DNA of 64,000 nucleotides from the NCBI GenBank assembly GCA_018333995.1, contig JAGXSG010000032.1, positions 204 to 64,203 of the forward strand, written 5' to 3'. Source of the stretch: Clostridiales bacterium (GTDB taxonomy: Bacteria > Actinomycetota > Coriobacteriia > Anaerosomatales > SLCP01). The position numbers and the translations under genes were made by a program. Below are positions 1 to 10,570 of the stretch, piece after piece (within the stretch, counting starts at the first letter, position 1; the number at the start of each line of letters is the position of its first letter). The notes under the pieces were generated by a model. That model saw only the letters and a list, made by a program, of their open reading frames with translations, did not search any database and was not told the origin of the DNA.

Positions 1-107
1 CAAGATCATTGTTGACGCTTATTGGCGTCTTACCCCTGTTTAACGAGGCGAGGAGACCTCGACCTGCTTCTTCCCTCAGAACTATCGTGTCGAAACCAGT
101 CGCCCCC
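1..107 (-). ncRNA. ssrA: tmRNA (SsrA), 5' portion only; continues past the window start
   Basis: The reverse complement of 85..107 is GGGGGCGACTGGTTTCGACACGA, the canonical tmRNA 5' end (GGGG...GGTTTCGAC). An AAUAAGC box, like the one just before the resume codon in actinobacterial tmRNAs, lies at 17..23 on the minus strand. The position directly downstream of smpB is typical. The 3' tRNA-like half is outside the window. Confidence 0.7.
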
Positions 108-247
108 ACGGTTGAGTGGGCACGTGTTCCAGCGCTGTCAAGGTGCCCGTGGCGCGGTTGCCGTGTGACCGCTTCGTCAGTATACCCGTGTCGTGCAAGC
201 TCCGTGCCGAAGAGGACACAACGCGGCCGCCGCGAGGACGCGTGGCG

Positions 248-721
248 CTATCCTTTCTGACGCTCCCTCAGTTCGCGCTGCACGTCACGCTTGTGGTCGC
301 GCTCGGCAATCGACTGCCGCTTGTCATGCAACTTCTTGCCGCGAGCCAGTCCGAGTTCGACCTTCACGAGATTGCGCGCCGAAAAGTAGATCTTGAGCGG
401 AACGATCGTCGCGCCCTTCTCGGCAGTCTTGCCGATCAGGTAGCGGATCTCTTTCTTATGGAGCAACAGCTTGCGCACCCGGTCGGGATCGACGTTTTCC
501 CGATTACCGTGGCTATACGCCGAGATATGCACATGGTGGAGCCACGCCTCCCCGCGCCGGATGAGCGCGAAAGCGTCGCGCAGGGTAGCCTTGTTCTGAC
601 GCAGCGACTTGACCTCAGTACCCGTGAGCTCGATGCCCGCCTCGAACGTCTCGTCGATGAAGTAGTCGTGGTACGCCTTTTTGTTTGTGGCGATGATCTT
701 TTCGGTGCGCCCGGCCATCAC
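248..721 (-). CDS. smpB: SsrA-binding protein SmpB
   Basis: 157-aa ORF with KKAYHDYFI...GIELTGTEVKSLR...LLLHKKEI... and a basic C-terminal tail. This is the full-length SmpB pattern. Confidence 0.95.
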   Translation of the reverse strand: MMAGRTEKIIATNKKAYHDYFIDETFEAGIELTGTEVKSLRQNKATLRDAFALIRRGEAWLHHVHISAYSHGNRENVDPDRVRKLLLHKKEIRYLIGKTAEKGATIVPLKIYFSARNLVKVELGLARGKKLHDKRQSIAERDHKRDVQRELRERQKG

Positions 722-730
722 TCGACCGCC

Positions 731-1807
731 CTAGGGCGTGAAATCGGTGTCCGGGTCGAGCGAGCACACAAACTCAGTGAGGATCGCTATCGCCGCCTCG
801 ACATCCGCGAGCGCGAGCACCTCTACCGGCGTGTGCATGTAGCGTAGCGGTACGCTCACAAGAGCGGTCGCTTTGCCGCCCCTGGCCAGCTGAATCGCGC
901 TCGCGTCGGTACCGGTCGCGCGCGGCTGCCCGTCGAACTGGTGGGGCACGCCGGCACGTTCGGCCGCTTCGACGAGAAGCGCGAAAAGTCGCGGGTTGAT
1001 GTTCGCGCCGCGGCTGATAATCGGGCCCTTTCCGCAGACCGCTTCACCGTGCTTGCGTTTGTCGACATCCGGGTAGTCCGTCGCGTGACCGACTTCAATC
1101 GCAATCCCTATGGTCGGATCGACGCCGTAGGCGCTCGTAACACCGCCTCGCAATCCGATTTCCTCCTGAACGGTTCCCGCAGCGACCAGGTCTACTCGCA
1201 CATCACCCCGTGTTCGGACCTCACGCATGACCTCGGCACAGATGAACGCGCCCATCTTGTCGTCGAACGCACGAGACACGACCATTCCCTCGCCAAACTC
1301 CTCGAAACCAACGTCAAAGGTCACCGGGTCGCCCACCCTTACAACCTCCGTCACGCGTTCCGCGCTCATCCCGAGGTCGATGAAGAGCTTGTGGGTCTTG
1401 GCAACCTGTTTGCGCTCGTCTTCTTCGAGCAGGTGTATCGGCATCCGGCCCAAAACCCCGAGAAGCGCGCCGTCACGCGTGTGCACGCGCACCCGGCTTC
1501 CCGGCATGATCGCCTCATCGACGCCACCAATCTGCTGGAACGCGATGAACCCCTCGGCGGTGATGTAGGTGACCATGAGGCCGATCTCGTCGATATGACC
1601 GGCGAGCATGATGCTCACCCTGCGAGCATCACGCTGAGCGTCCGAACCGCGCAAGAGCGCGTGCACCGAGCCCATGACGTTGGTCGTGACCTCGTCCGCG
1701 AACTCACTCACGTACTCGCGGAAGACGCGTGCCGCTGGCTGCTCGTATCCGGATGGCGACGGCGCCTCGACAAGTTGCTTGAAGAACGCAAGGGACTCTG
1801 GACGCAT
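731..1807 (-). CDS. M42 family metallo-aminopeptidase (FrvX/CelM-like)
   Basis: Contains SPSGYE, GHIDEIGLMV, AFDDKMGAF and TVQEEIGLRGG motifs. The start was moved to the ATG at 1807, which has an AGGAGGA RBS 7 nt upstream. The longest ORF extends to 1876. Confidence 0.8.
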   Translation of the reverse strand: MRPESLAFFKQLVEAPSPSGYEQPAARVFREYVSEFADEVTTNVMGSVHALLRGSDAQRDARRVSIMLAGHIDEIGLMVTYITAEGFIAFQQIGGVDEAIMPGSRVRVHTRDGALLGVLGRMPIHLLEEDERKQVAKTHKLFIDLGMSAERVTEVVRVGDPVTFDVGFEEFGEGMVVSRAFDDKMGAFICAEVMREVRTRGDVRVDLVAAGTVQEEIGLRGGVTSAYGVDPTIGIAIEVGHATDYPDVDKRKHGEAVCGKGPIISRGANINPRLFALLVEAAERAGVPHQFDGQPRATGTDASAIQLARGGKATALVSVPLRYMHTPVEVLALADVEAAIAILTEFVCSLDPDTDFTP

Positions 1808-1918
1808 AGATGATCCTCCTGGACGCATACCATATGTGGAAGGCTCAGTGTACTGCCACGGAAGCCCAGATGCCACAAGCCCTACCGGGATGAACGTGCG
1901 CGGTGTGCGCGTGTCCGC

Positions 1919-3205
1919 TCAGCTGTCCGCGTTCCACACCTCGGCGAATACCTCATTGCCGAGCAACCACCCCGCATCCGTAAGCCGATATCGCCGCTCA
2001 CCGTCATCGACCGCTTCGACCAGCCCCGTCCCGACCATCCGCGCGAGAACCGCCGCAACGCCCGCCTCTTCGGCCAGAGAGCATTCGATCCCTTCAGCAA
2101 GGCGAAGACCGAGCATGGCGTCTTCTCGAGCGGCCTCCCTGCCGCGTAAGTACTCGATCTCTTCGGGCGCTCCGGCGGGGAACCGGACAAAGGCGACGGT
2201 GTCGGCGGCTCGTGTGAAGCGAACCCGCGCGGTATCGTGCGGCACGGCGTCAACAACCCTCCCGACACCGGCGACGAGCGGATCGGTCCACGACCGGCAC
2301 GCGGCGGCGGCCAGAAACATCTCCACGGGGAGCATGCTTGATGACGAGGGTCCAATACCTATGTAGGGACGGCCGTTCCAGTAACCGACATTGTGGATGC
2401 ACCGCTGGCCAGGACGCGCGTAACTCGCCACCTCGTAGCGCTCAAGACCGTGCGCCGTAAGTTCCGAGTGAGCCAGCTCCATCATCTCTGCCGCCGCGTC
2501 CGGCTCCGGAGAAACCATGTGACCAGCACGAATACGCCGCGCGAGCGGCGTGTCATCCTCAACGATCAACGGGTAGACGCTCACGTGCCCAACACCAAAT
2601 CCTACTGCCCGCTTGACCGTTGACAGCCACGAAGCTTGCGACTGACCCGGAACTCCGCACATGAGATCGAGCGAGACGCGTGCACCGGTCGCCATGCACG
2701 CCCGCACCGCGCTTTCCGCCGCCGCCGCGTCGTGACAACGCCCCAGCATCTCGAGCACAGCGTCGTCGAGACTCTGGACGCCCACCGAGAACCTGTTGAC
2801 GCCCGCATCCACAAGGCGTGCGATCAGGGCTGAGTCTGTCGTATCGGGATTAGTCTCGACAGTCACCTCCACGTCGCCCCGAGACTTGCACGTCCCCAGC
2901 ACCGCCGTGACTAAATCGACCAGACCGTCCCCGAGCGCTGTCGGGGTGCCTCCGCCGATGTAGACCGAAAGCACGTCTTCGAGAACGGCGAGCTCGCTCC
3001 AGTGAGCCACCGCCTCACTGACAGCCCAGCCATAATGCGCGAGCAGCCCCGGCTCTTGCGCCGAAATCGCTCCCGAATGAAAGTCGCAGTAGGCACACTT
3101 GCGCACACAGAACGGCACGTGGACGTAGAGGGAGACCGGCCCGCGATCACCTCGGCGAGTGTAAGCCTTGGCCTGATCAGCGGCGCTGTTTGTCAACCGT
3201 GTCAC
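1919..3205 (-). CDS. hemW: Radical SAM heme chaperone HemW / HemN-like coproporphyrinogen III oxidase family
   Basis: Contains LYVHVPFCVRKCAYCDF (CxxxCxxC radical SAM motif) and a HemN C-terminal region. The GTG start overlaps the rnr stop (GTGA). Confidence 0.85.
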   Translation of the reverse strand: MTRLTNSAADQAKAYTRRGDRGPVSLYVHVPFCVRKCAYCDFHSGAISAQEPGLLAHYGWAVSEAVAHWSELAVLEDVLSVYIGGGTPTALGDGLVDLVTAVLGTCKSRGDVEVTVETNPDTTDSALIARLVDAGVNRFSVGVQSLDDAVLEMLGRCHDAAAAESAVRACMATGARVSLDLMCGVPGQSQASWLSTVKRAVGFGVGHVSVYPLIVEDDTPLARRIRAGHMVSPEPDAAAEMMELAHSELTAHGLERYEVASYARPGQRCIHNVGYWNGRPYIGIGPSSSSMLPVEMFLAAAACRSWTDPLVAGVGRVVDAVPHDTARVRFTRAADTVAFVRFPAGAPEEIEYLRGREAAREDAMLGLRLAEGIECSLAEEAGVAAVLARMVGTGLVEAVDDGERRYRLTDAGWLLGNEVFAEVWNADS

Positions 3206-5196
3206 GCGCGCCCTTTGTGCTGTGACGCTTTGGTTCGTGCCGGCGCATGGCGGCGTGAAGACGCAGGTTCGAGATCGATGCGGCCCTCAGCAACGTTCAC
3301 GTCGACGAGACGCACGCGGATTCTCTCGCCGAGACGAAATCCCCGCTCGTGCTTTTCGCCGATGAGCATGAACCGCTCGGGGTCGAGGTGGTAGTAGTCG
3401 TCGTCCATCATTGAGACATGGACGAGGCCCTCCGCCGTGTTGTCGAGTTGGACAAACAAACCAAATGAGTGGACTCCTGTGATGATGCCGTCGAACTCCT
3501 CGCCGATCCGTGCCGCCATCAGCTGCGCGAGCTTGATGCGAACCGACTCGTCCTCGGCCGCCTCGGCCTCACGCTCCATCTCCGAGCAGTGCTCAGCAAG
3601 CCATTCGAGCTCTGGCGCAAGCAAGGCAGCGGGGTCGCGATCGAGCTCACCCGCCAGCTGCGCTTTGAGCAGCCGGTGGACGATGAGGTCGGGATAGCGG
3701 CGGATCGGACTCGTGAAGTGGGTGTACGCGTTGCTTGCCAGGCCAAAGTGGGAGTCCAGGTAGTTGACGTAGCGCGCACGCTGCAAAGCTCTCAGCATGA
3801 GTGCGTTGATCAGGAGCTTCTCCGGACGGTCGTGGGCGTACGCGATGATCTTTTGGAACGTCACAGGCGACGCGCCGTGCACGTCTTTGATCGGATAGTC
3901 GAACTCCTTCAGGATGACCGCAACCTGCGCGAGCGCATCCGGATCGGGATTCTCGTGGATTCTGTAGACCATCGGTGCTTCCGCCCGGGTCATGTGTCCC
4001 GCGACCACCTCGTTGGCGAGAATCATCGCCTCCTCGATCATATTGGTAGCTTCGGTCCGCTGGCGGACCCGCACCTCGACCGGGGTAACGTTGTCCTCGG
4101 CGAGGATGACCTTGGCCTCCACAGTCTCGAAATCGAGCCCTCCTCGCGCTTGACGGTTCTTACCGATCAAACGGGCGAGGCGAACGAACTCGCCGATGAG
4201 CCGCTCGCTTTCCGCGTCGGGATACGCAGCGACCCCGTCGAGCCACGACTGCACCGTGTCGTAGTCGAAGCGGCGATCCGAACGGATCACCGAAGGGGTC
4301 AGCGTGTACGCCTCGACGTGGCCACCGTTGGAAATATCCATGATGACCGAGAACGCGAGGCGGTCCTCACCGGGCTTGAGCGAGCAGATCTCGTTTGAGA
4401 TTCGCTCGGGGAGCATCGGCAAGACCCGGTCGACAAGGTAGACGCTCGTCGCGCGACGGCGAGCCTCAGCGTCGAGCGCCGAGTCCCACGGCACGTAATG
4501 GGACACATCGGCGATATGAACCCCGAGACGCACCTCGCCGTCGACACGTTCTACGCTGATCGCGTCATCGAAATCGCGCGCGTCGGCAGGGTCGATCGTG
4601 ATGGTGAAGATGTCGCGGAGGTCTTTTCTGCCACCTGGCGCCAGCGCAGACTCTATGTCGATTCGAGTCGCTTCCGCCTCATCGAGCGCCTCGCGGGCGA
4701 ACGAGGTCGCCAGTGCGTGTCCGCGGATGATGACTTCGATGTCGATGCCGGGCTCGCCCTCACGGCCAAGAACCTCCTCGACCACGCCTTGCGCAGCGTT
4801 TCGACGGGACGGGTACGCGGTCAGCCGAGTGACGACGATGTCCCCGTCTGAGGCATCTGCTGTCTCACGAGCTGGAACGAAGACCTCGGTACGGATGCGT
4901 GGGTCGGTGGGCACCACGATGCCCAGCCGCCCGTGGCGTTCAAACCGGCCAACCACGGTCGTGTTCGCTCGTTCGATGACCTTCATAACCGCCCCCGAGG
5001 CCCCGTGCCGTCCGCGAGTCACGCCCACCTTGACTCCCACAACGTCCCGGTGCATCGCGCCGCCGACGTCGCGAGCGGCCACGTAGATGTCGCCCTCCTC
5101 GGCTTCAACGAAACCGTACCCGCGCCGATTGATGGTGATGCGGCCAATCACGAGCCCGCCACTGCGGACCTTCTTCATTCGCTTCAAACGAGCCAC
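3202..5196 (-). CDS. rnr: Ribonuclease R (RNase II/VacB family)
   Basis: N-terminal cold-shock-like RGYGFV, an RNB domain (DPADARDFDDAISV, HFTSPIRRYPDL), a C-terminal S1 domain and a basic tail. The start is uncertain. I chose the GTG at 5196 with GGAAGGAG upstream; the longest ORF starts with TTG at 5214. Confidence 0.9.
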   Translation of the reverse strand: MARLKRMKKVRSGGLVIGRITINRRGYGFVEAEEGDIYVAARDVGGAMHRDVVGVKVGVTRGRHGASGAVMKVIERANTTVVGRFERHGRLGIVVPTDPRIRTEVFVPARETADASDGDIVVTRLTAYPSRRNAAQGVVEEVLGREGEPGIDIEVIIRGHALATSFAREALDEAEATRIDIESALAPGGRKDLRDIFTITIDPADARDFDDAISVERVDGEVRLGVHIADVSHYVPWDSALDAEARRRATSVYLVDRVLPMLPERISNEICSLKPGEDRLAFSVIMDISNGGHVEAYTLTPSVIRSDRRFDYDTVQSWLDGVAAYPDAESERLIGEFVRLARLIGKNRQARGGLDFETVEAKVILAEDNVTPVEVRVRQRTEATNMIEEAMILANEVVAGHMTRAEAPMVYRIHENPDPDALAQVAVILKEFDYPIKDVHGASPVTFQKIIAYAHDRPEKLLINALMLRALQRARYVNYLDSHFGLASNAYTHFTSPIRRYPDLIVHRLLKAQLAGELDRDPAALLAPELEWLAEHCSEMEREAEAAEDESVRIKLAQLMAARIGEEFDGIITGVHSFGLFVQLDNTAEGLVHVSMMDDDYYHLDPERFMLIGEKHERGFRLGERIRVRLVDVNVAEGRIDLEPASSRRHAPARTKASQHKGRA

Positions 5197-5327
5197 GCGC
5201 GCTCCTTCCGTCAACCCGACACGCTTTCTACCTTACCCGGCCTCAGCGCGTTGGGCCTGTGGTTCGTTTTGACCGTGTCGCGCTATCGATGTATGCTCCT
5301 GCTTCACCATCTGACTTGGAGAGTTTC

Positions 5328-5753
5328 ATGCGACACAATCGACCGCTCGCCCCCTGCTTTATCGGCAGCGGAATCGTGGCGAGTCCCCGCGACATGATCC
5401 GCGTACTTGAGACGCTGGAATCTGTGTTCTTCTCCTACTCGATCGACGACGATGTGGTTGCCGAAGGCGAGGCTACCCTCGTCAAGATCATGGCGGACAG
5501 CGAATCGGCGACCATGGCCGTGAACGGGTGCCTGTTCCTGAACGTGTCGAGTTTCCGCTACCTGGAGTTCGAGACCATCGAGGACGACTTGTGCTCCGTC
5601 CGTCTCCACGGTGACGGCGCTGTGTTGCGCTTGCTCGCCGTTCGAGACGCCGAAACGCCTGGAATCACGGTCGGTCAGATGCGGCTCATCGAAGAGTCGG
5701 AGTTCGAGCTGTCCAGCTTCGTCGGCGCCGATGACGAGGAAGACGACGACTGA
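5328..5753 (+). CDS. Hypothetical small acidic protein (only plus-strand gene in the window)
   Basis: The ATG at 5328 is preceded by a TTGGAGAG RBS. The C-terminus is poly-acidic (GADDEEDDD). No family was recognised. It is divergent from rnr and convergent with the ctp-like gene. Confidence 0.4.
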   Translation: MRHNRPLAPCFIGSGIVASPRDMIRVLETLESVFFSYSIDDDVVAEGEATLVKIMADSESATMAVNGCLFLNVSSFRYLEFETIEDDLCSVRLHGDGAVLRLLAVRDAETPGITVGQMRLIEESEFELSSFVGADDEEDDD

Positions 5754-5838
5754 CGCTACGCTGTTCGCTCGGTGATCGCTCGGCACGGCGCTCCGCCTCT
5801 CACACGCGCGGCACAGGTTGCGCACGACACGGCACCCT

Positions 5839-7026
5839 CTAGGGAAGCTGCCTCTTCGCCTCCTCGATGGCGCGTTGCAGCTGGATGTCGTTAGCCTCAT
5901 CCGACTGGACCTCTGGTTCCATCTCCACCACGATGTCGGGCTCAATGCCCTCGGCGTCAATGTTCCGCCCGTGAGGGGTCAGGTAGTGGGCGATCGTGAA
6001 CTTCATCGCACCGCCAAAGCTTAGTTCCTCGATCGTCTGCACACTTCCCTTGCCAAAGGTCTTCATGCCCACAATCACCGCGCGATCGTAGTCCTGAAGC
6101 GCGCCGGCGAGCACTTCGCTCGCGGACGCCGAATTCTCGTTCACAAGCAAGACGAGCGGCGCGTCTGTGATGAACCGTCCGCTCGCGTGGTGCTCATACC
6201 GGGGGCTGTCGCGCTCCTCAACGAGCACGATGGGGCCTTCCTGCACGAACAGCGACGCGACATCGACCGATGAGTCGAGCAGTCCTCCGGGATTGTCCCT
6301 GACGTCGATGATGAACGCCCGCACGCCCTCAGCTTTAAGCCCCTCGATCTCCTCGGCAAGAACATCGGCCGAGCGCTGATTGAACGTGAGGAGCCGAACG
6401 TAGCCAATCTCCCCGTCGATCACGCGCGACATGACGTTGGGAATCTCAATCATCGCCCGCTCGATGGTGAAGTATATGACCTTCTCCGCGCCCTCACGCC
6501 GCACACCGATCTTGACGGTCGTGCCTTCCTCTCCGCGTACTCGCTTGACCACCTCATCACTCGTCCAGCGTTCCCGCTTCACGCCGTCGATGCTCACGAA
6601 CACGTCGTCTGCTTGGACACCGGCCTTTTCGGCGGGCGTTCCCTCAATGACCGAGACAACGAGCACTTCCCCGTCGCGCTCGGAGATGTTGACGCCGATA
6701 CCGCCGAAGTCGCCCTCAGTGTGCTCGTTGAAGAACTTGAAGTGCTCCTCGTCGAAGTAGAGTGCGTATGGGTCGTCGAGTGAATCGAGGATGCCCTGGA
6801 TGGCGCCGGCTGTCATCGAGGTGTCAGTGGCGGGCATCAACGCCTGGCGGCTCAGTATCCGGGCGGCTTCACTCACGTGCTGGGCCACGCTCGGCCTGGG
6901 CTCAGGAATCTTCCTGAACGCACCCTGATAACCCACTGCCTGCGAGAACACGATGCCGCCGATGAACGCGGCTGCTAGCAGAAGTAGGGCGATGACTGAA
7001 GCTCCAGCAATGGTTGCGCGATTCAT
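5839..7026 (-). CDS. S41 family carboxy-terminal processing peptidase with PDZ domain
   Basis: N-terminal TM anchor, PDZ domain (VIEGTPAEKAGVQADDVFVSIDG), NPGGLLDSSVDVA, the catalytic region NENSASASEVLAGALQD and KTFGKGSVQ. Confidence 0.9.
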   Translation of the reverse strand: MNRATIAGASVIALLLLAAAFIGGIVFSQAVGYQGAFRKIPEPRPSVAQHVSEAARILSRQALMPATDTSMTAGAIQGILDSLDDPYALYFDEEHFKFFNEHTEGDFGGIGVNISERDGEVLVVSVIEGTPAEKAGVQADDVFVSIDGVKRERWTSDEVVKRVRGEEGTTVKIGVRREGAEKVIYFTIERAMIEIPNVMSRVIDGEIGYVRLLTFNQRSADVLAEEIEGLKAEGVRAFIIDVRDNPGGLLDSSVDVASLFVQEGPIVLVEERDSPRYEHHASGRFITDAPLVLLVNENSASASEVLAGALQDYDRAVIVGMKTFGKGSVQTIEELSFGGAMKFTIAHYLTPHGRNIDAEGIEPDIVVEMEPEVQSDEANDIQLQRAIEEAKRQLP

Positions 7027-7056
7027 GATAGTGACCGTCTCTAACGCGAGGGTGGA

Positions 7057-7971
7057 CTAGACTCTGAGGTAGCGGCGCAAAGCGAATCCGGAACCGATGA
7101 GGCCGATCAGGATCCCGGCTCCCACGAGCACCGCAGAGAACTGCAGTATCGTCACGGCGCCGATCTCGAACGGCAAGAACGGAAGCGATTCTTGAAGGCG
7201 CGGCATGACCGCGGCACGCATGAGCAGGATTGTCCCAATGGCGAGCGCGGCGCCTATGAGGCTTTGCAATACACCTTCAAGCAGAAACGGTGCCCGAATG
7301 AATGAGTTCGACGCGCCCACCAACCTCATGATCGCGATCTCCTTGCGCCGTGCGTAGATCGCCAAGCGGATGGTGTTGTTGATGAAGATGAGGCTCACGG
7401 CGCCGAGCATCGCCACGAACACCCCACCGATGATTCGCACCATGCGCGTCAGCGCGAAGAGGCGGTCAACTATCTGCTCGCCGTACTTGAGCGACTGATC
7501 GGGCTCGTCGGGCCGGTCGCACACCTTCATGAAGAGTTCCTGTGCCTTGATGCGCGACACCATCTCTTGCACGGTGCGCGGATCCTTGAGAGTGACATCG
7601 AGGGACGCTGGCAACGGGTTGTCGCGTAGCGAGTCGATCATCGCTGGACTGCTGGCGTACTCCTCCTTGAAGCGTTCGAGCGCTTCTTCCTTCGATACGT
7701 AATCGACCGCATCGATAAGTTCATCGCTGAGCAACCACGCCTGTAGCGCCTCAACGTCTTCAGTGGCGGCGCCATCTTTGAGGAAAATCTGTATGGACAC
7801 CTTGCTCTCTACGTCACGCACGATGCCGGACATTATGTATCCCGTGAGCATCGATACGCCGACAAGGAGGAGCGACAGGTAGATGGTTATGACCGCGCCC
7901 AGACTCATGACCCAGTTACGCCGGAAGTTGGTCACCGACTCCCGAATAAAGTAGCCAACGTTAATCGCCAT
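7057..7971 (-). CDS. ftsX: Cell division ABC transporter permease-like protein FtsX
   Basis: Contains FRRNW at the N-terminus, a large extracytoplasmic loop and 3 C-terminal TM segments. It sits immediately after ftsE. The start was set to the ATG at 7971, overlapping the ftsE end. Confidence 0.9.
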   Translation of the reverse strand: MAINVGYFIRESVTNFRRNWVMSLGAVITIYLSLLLVGVSMLTGYIMSGIVRDVESKVSIQIFLKDGAATEDVEALQAWLLSDELIDAVDYVSKEEALERFKEEYASSPAMIDSLRDNPLPASLDVTLKDPRTVQEMVSRIKAQELFMKVCDRPDEPDQSLKYGEQIVDRLFALTRMVRIIGGVFVAMLGAVSLIFINNTIRLAIYARRKEIAIMRLVGASNSFIRAPFLLEGVLQSLIGAALAIGTILLMRAAVMPRLQESLPFLPFEIGAVTILQFSAVLVGAGILIGLIGSGFALRRYLRV

Positions 7972-8647
7972 AACCGTAGACTCCTCGATGCTGGTCGCGG
8001 ACGACACTTCCGTTCTCGAGGGCGATCACGCGCTTGCGCATCGAGTCGACCATCTCCCGATCGTGGGTGGCGACAAGAACCGTCGTCCCCGTCTTGTTGA
8101 TGCGGTTGAACAGACTCATGATTCCCAGCGACGTCGCCGGATCGAGGTTCCCTGTGGGCTCATCGGCAAGCAGGATCGGGGGTCTGTTGACAAACGCGCG
8201 CGCGATCGAGACGCGCTGCTGCTCGCCACCGGAAAGCTCATCAGGGTACGACCCCACCTTGTCCTCAAGCCCGACAAGCCGCAACACCTCGGGCACCTGG
8301 GTCCTGATCACGTGCCTCGACTTGCCGATGACCTCGAGCGCGAACGCCACGTTCTCATAGGAGGTCTTGTTGGGGAGCAGTTTGAAGTCCTGAAACACGC
8401 ACCCGATATTGCGTCGCAGATAGGGCACCTTCCAGCTCTTGAGCTTTACGACGTCTTGCCCGGCAACGATGATCTGGCCCCTTGTGGGCAGCAGCTCACG
8501 CTGGAGCAAGCGGATAAACGTGGACTTGCCTGAACCGGAGTGTCCGACCAGGAACACGAACTCGCCCTGTTCGATTTCCACATCAACATCGTGAAGCGCA
8601 GGCCGGTCAGCGTTGTAGCTCTTGCTGACGTTGCGCATGGTAATCAT
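7961..8647 (-). CDS. ftsE: Cell division ATP-binding protein FtsE
   Basis: Walker [10 protein letters not shown], signature LSGGEQQR and Walker B ILLADEPT. An AAGGAG RBS precedes the ATG. Confidence 0.95.
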   Translation of the reverse strand: MITMRNVSKSYNADRPALHDVDVEIEQGEFVFLVGHSGSGKSTFIRLLQRELLPTRGQIIVAGQDVVKLKSWKVPYLRRNIGCVFQDFKLLPNKTSYENVAFALEVIGKSRHVIRTQVPEVLRLVGLEDKVGSYPDELSGGEQQRVSIARAFVNRPPILLADEPTGNLDPATSLGIMSLFNRINKTGTTVLVATHDREMVDSMRKRVIALENGSVVRDQHRGVYGYGD

Positions 8648-8774
8648 AAAAGCTCCTTGCCATTCGTGTGGGCGTACGGCTCACGTCCCGACGGCACATC
8701 TTAGCAGACACGAGGCCAAGTGGGCTGGGCCGGACGGTCACTACACGAGAAGGTCACAATCACCGTCCAAAGCC

Positions 8775-9716
8775 TCACGGAGCACGCGCATCCAAAATCG
8801 CGCGCGCCTCAGATGCGATATCTGAACCGGTAAGCCCAAAATGGACCATCAGATCCCTCGGCTCACCCGACGTCCCAAACACATCCCGCACGCCTACTCT
8901 GCGAACGGGAACCGGTGCGCTCTCGGAAAGCAGCTCACACACCGCCGAGCCGAGCCCACCAACCACCGAGTGCTCCTCGCACGTGACCACCGCCCCCGTC
9001 TTGCGCGCGGATGCGACTATCGTGGCGGCATCGATCGGTTTGACGCTCGTAACGTCGATCACCTCCGCACTCACGCCGTCTTCGGCGAGCTGAGCGGCTG
9101 CCGCAAGCGCCTCGGCAACCATCACGCCGCACGCCGCCAGGGTGATGTCCGAACCTTCGCGCAGGACGTAGGCGCGACCGAGCTCAAGCTCGAAGCCCTC
9201 CGGATGAATGAGGGGCACCGCCGCCCTGCCGAGACGGACATAGAATGGACCGGGCGTCCGTGCCGCGAGCCTCAAGGCGGCTCGCGCGGCATGGTAGTCG
9301 GCAGGGACGAGTACGCGCATGCCAGGGAGAACCCGCATGAGGGCGATGTCTTCGAGCATCTGGTGGCTTCCGCCGTCCGGACCCACCGTGACACCTGAGT
9401 GGGTCGGTGCCAGCTTGACGTTGAGGGCCGAGTAACACACGGTGTTTCGAACCTGATCGTACGCCCGGCCGGTCGCAAAGACCGCGAACGAGCCCGTGAA
9501 CACTACGTTGCCCGCTACCGCGAGACCTGAAGCGACGCCGATCATGTTTTGCTCCGCGACGCCAGCGTTATAGAACCTCTCCGGGAACGAATCGGCAAAC
9601 GTCGCCGTGGTAGTCGACTTTGAGAGATCAGCCTCCACGGCGGCCACGTTGAGTCCCTCAGCCGCCAGTTCGACGAGCGTCTCCCCAAACGCCTCCCGTG
9701 TCGCCCGGCCGCTCAC
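8775..9716 (-). CDS. Transketolase, C-terminal (pyrimidine-binding) subunit
   Basis: Split-transketolase pattern with FPERFYNAGVAEQNMIGVASGLA and a C-terminal domain. The GTG start overlaps the stop of the N-terminal subunit gene. Confidence 0.9.
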   Translation of the reverse strand: MSGRATREAFGETLVELAAEGLNVAAVEADLSKSTTTATFADSFPERFYNAGVAEQNMIGVASGLAVAGNVVFTGSFAVFATGRAYDQVRNTVCYSALNVKLAPTHSGVTVGPDGGSHQMLEDIALMRVLPGMRVLVPADYHAARAALRLAARTPGPFYVRLGRAAVPLIHPEGFELELGRAYVLREGSDITLAACGVMVAEALAAAAQLAEDGVSAEVIDVTSVKPIDAATIVASARKTGAVVTCEEHSVVGGLGSAVCELLSESAPVPVRRVGVRDVFGTSGEPRDLMVHFGLTGSDIASEARAILDARAP

Positions 9717-10570
9717 AGGTTCGCTCCTTTCTGAACAGCGGCGGCAGTAAGCTCCTCGATCGCCGCCTGAGCCTGCTCGGGTGTGGGCGCCCTACCGTGC
9801 CATCCAGCGTCACCCTCCATGAACGACACACCCCTGCCTTTTACTGTATGGGCGATGAGCGCACCGGGACGAACCGGATCGCGGCGAACGCGCGTGAGCG
9901 CCGTCACGATGGCGTCGATGTCGTGCCCGTCGCACTCGTCCACCTCCCAGCCAAACGCTGCGAACTTATCGGCAATCGTGCCGAGGCACATGACTTCACT
10001 ACAGGCGCCATCGATCTGGAGTCCGTTGTGATCCACAATCGCGACAAGGTTGCCGAGGCGGTAGTGCGCCGCGAACATCGCGGCCTCCCAGACCTGCCCT
10101 TCCTGGCACTCCCCATCGCCGAGAAGACAGTAAACGGTACGGGCGTCTGCTGACCCGCCGCGAAGACCGAGCGCGATGCCGCATGCGACGGACAGCCCCT
10201 GCCCGAGTGATCCCGTAGATATCTCTACACCCGGAGTCTTCTTGCTGTCGGGATGACCCTGAAGCATAGAGCCGAGTGCTCGAAGCGTACCTAGATGCTC
10301 GCGCCCAAAGTAGCCCGCCTCGGCAAGCGCCGCGTAAAGCACTGGCGCCGCGTGGCCTTTCGAGAGCACGAAACGATCACGATCAGGGTCGCCAGGCTGT
10401 GCCGGGTCATGCTTTAGCAGGCCGAAGTACAACGTGGCAACGATGTCCGCCGCCGAGAGTGAACCGCCTGGATGACCCGATCCCGCAGCGGCGATCATCT
10501 CGACGATGTCGATCCGCATGCGAGTGGCGGCCGCAATCACCCGTGCACGGTCGATGGTGCGCGCACTCAT
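9713..10570 (-). CDS. Transketolase, N-terminal (TPP-binding) subunit
   Basis: Contains GSGHPGGSLS, SKGHAAPVLYA and GDGECQEGQVWEA, the TPP-binding motifs of split transketolases. Confidence 0.9.
   Translation of the reverse strand: MSARTIDRARVIAAATRMRIDIVEMIAAAGSGHPGGSLSAADIVATLYFGLLKHDPAQPGDPDRDRFVLSKGHAAPVLYAALAEAGYFGREHLGTLRALGSMLQGHPDSKKTPGVEISTGSLGQGLSVACGIALGLRGGSADARTVYCLLGDGECQEGQVWEAAMFAAHYRLGNLVAIVDHNGLQIDGACSEVMCLGTIADKFAAFGWEVDECDGHDIDAIVTALTRVRRDPVRPGALIAHTVKGRGVSFMEGDAGWHGRAPTPEQAQAAIEELTAAAVQKGANL

Noticed and set aside
8648-8774. Possible extended -10 promoter (TGCTAAGAT, 8698..8706, minus strand) upstream of ftsE.
   Set aside because: There is no acceptable -35 at the proper spacing, and it is a single weak motif. 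It is too speculative to list as a feature.
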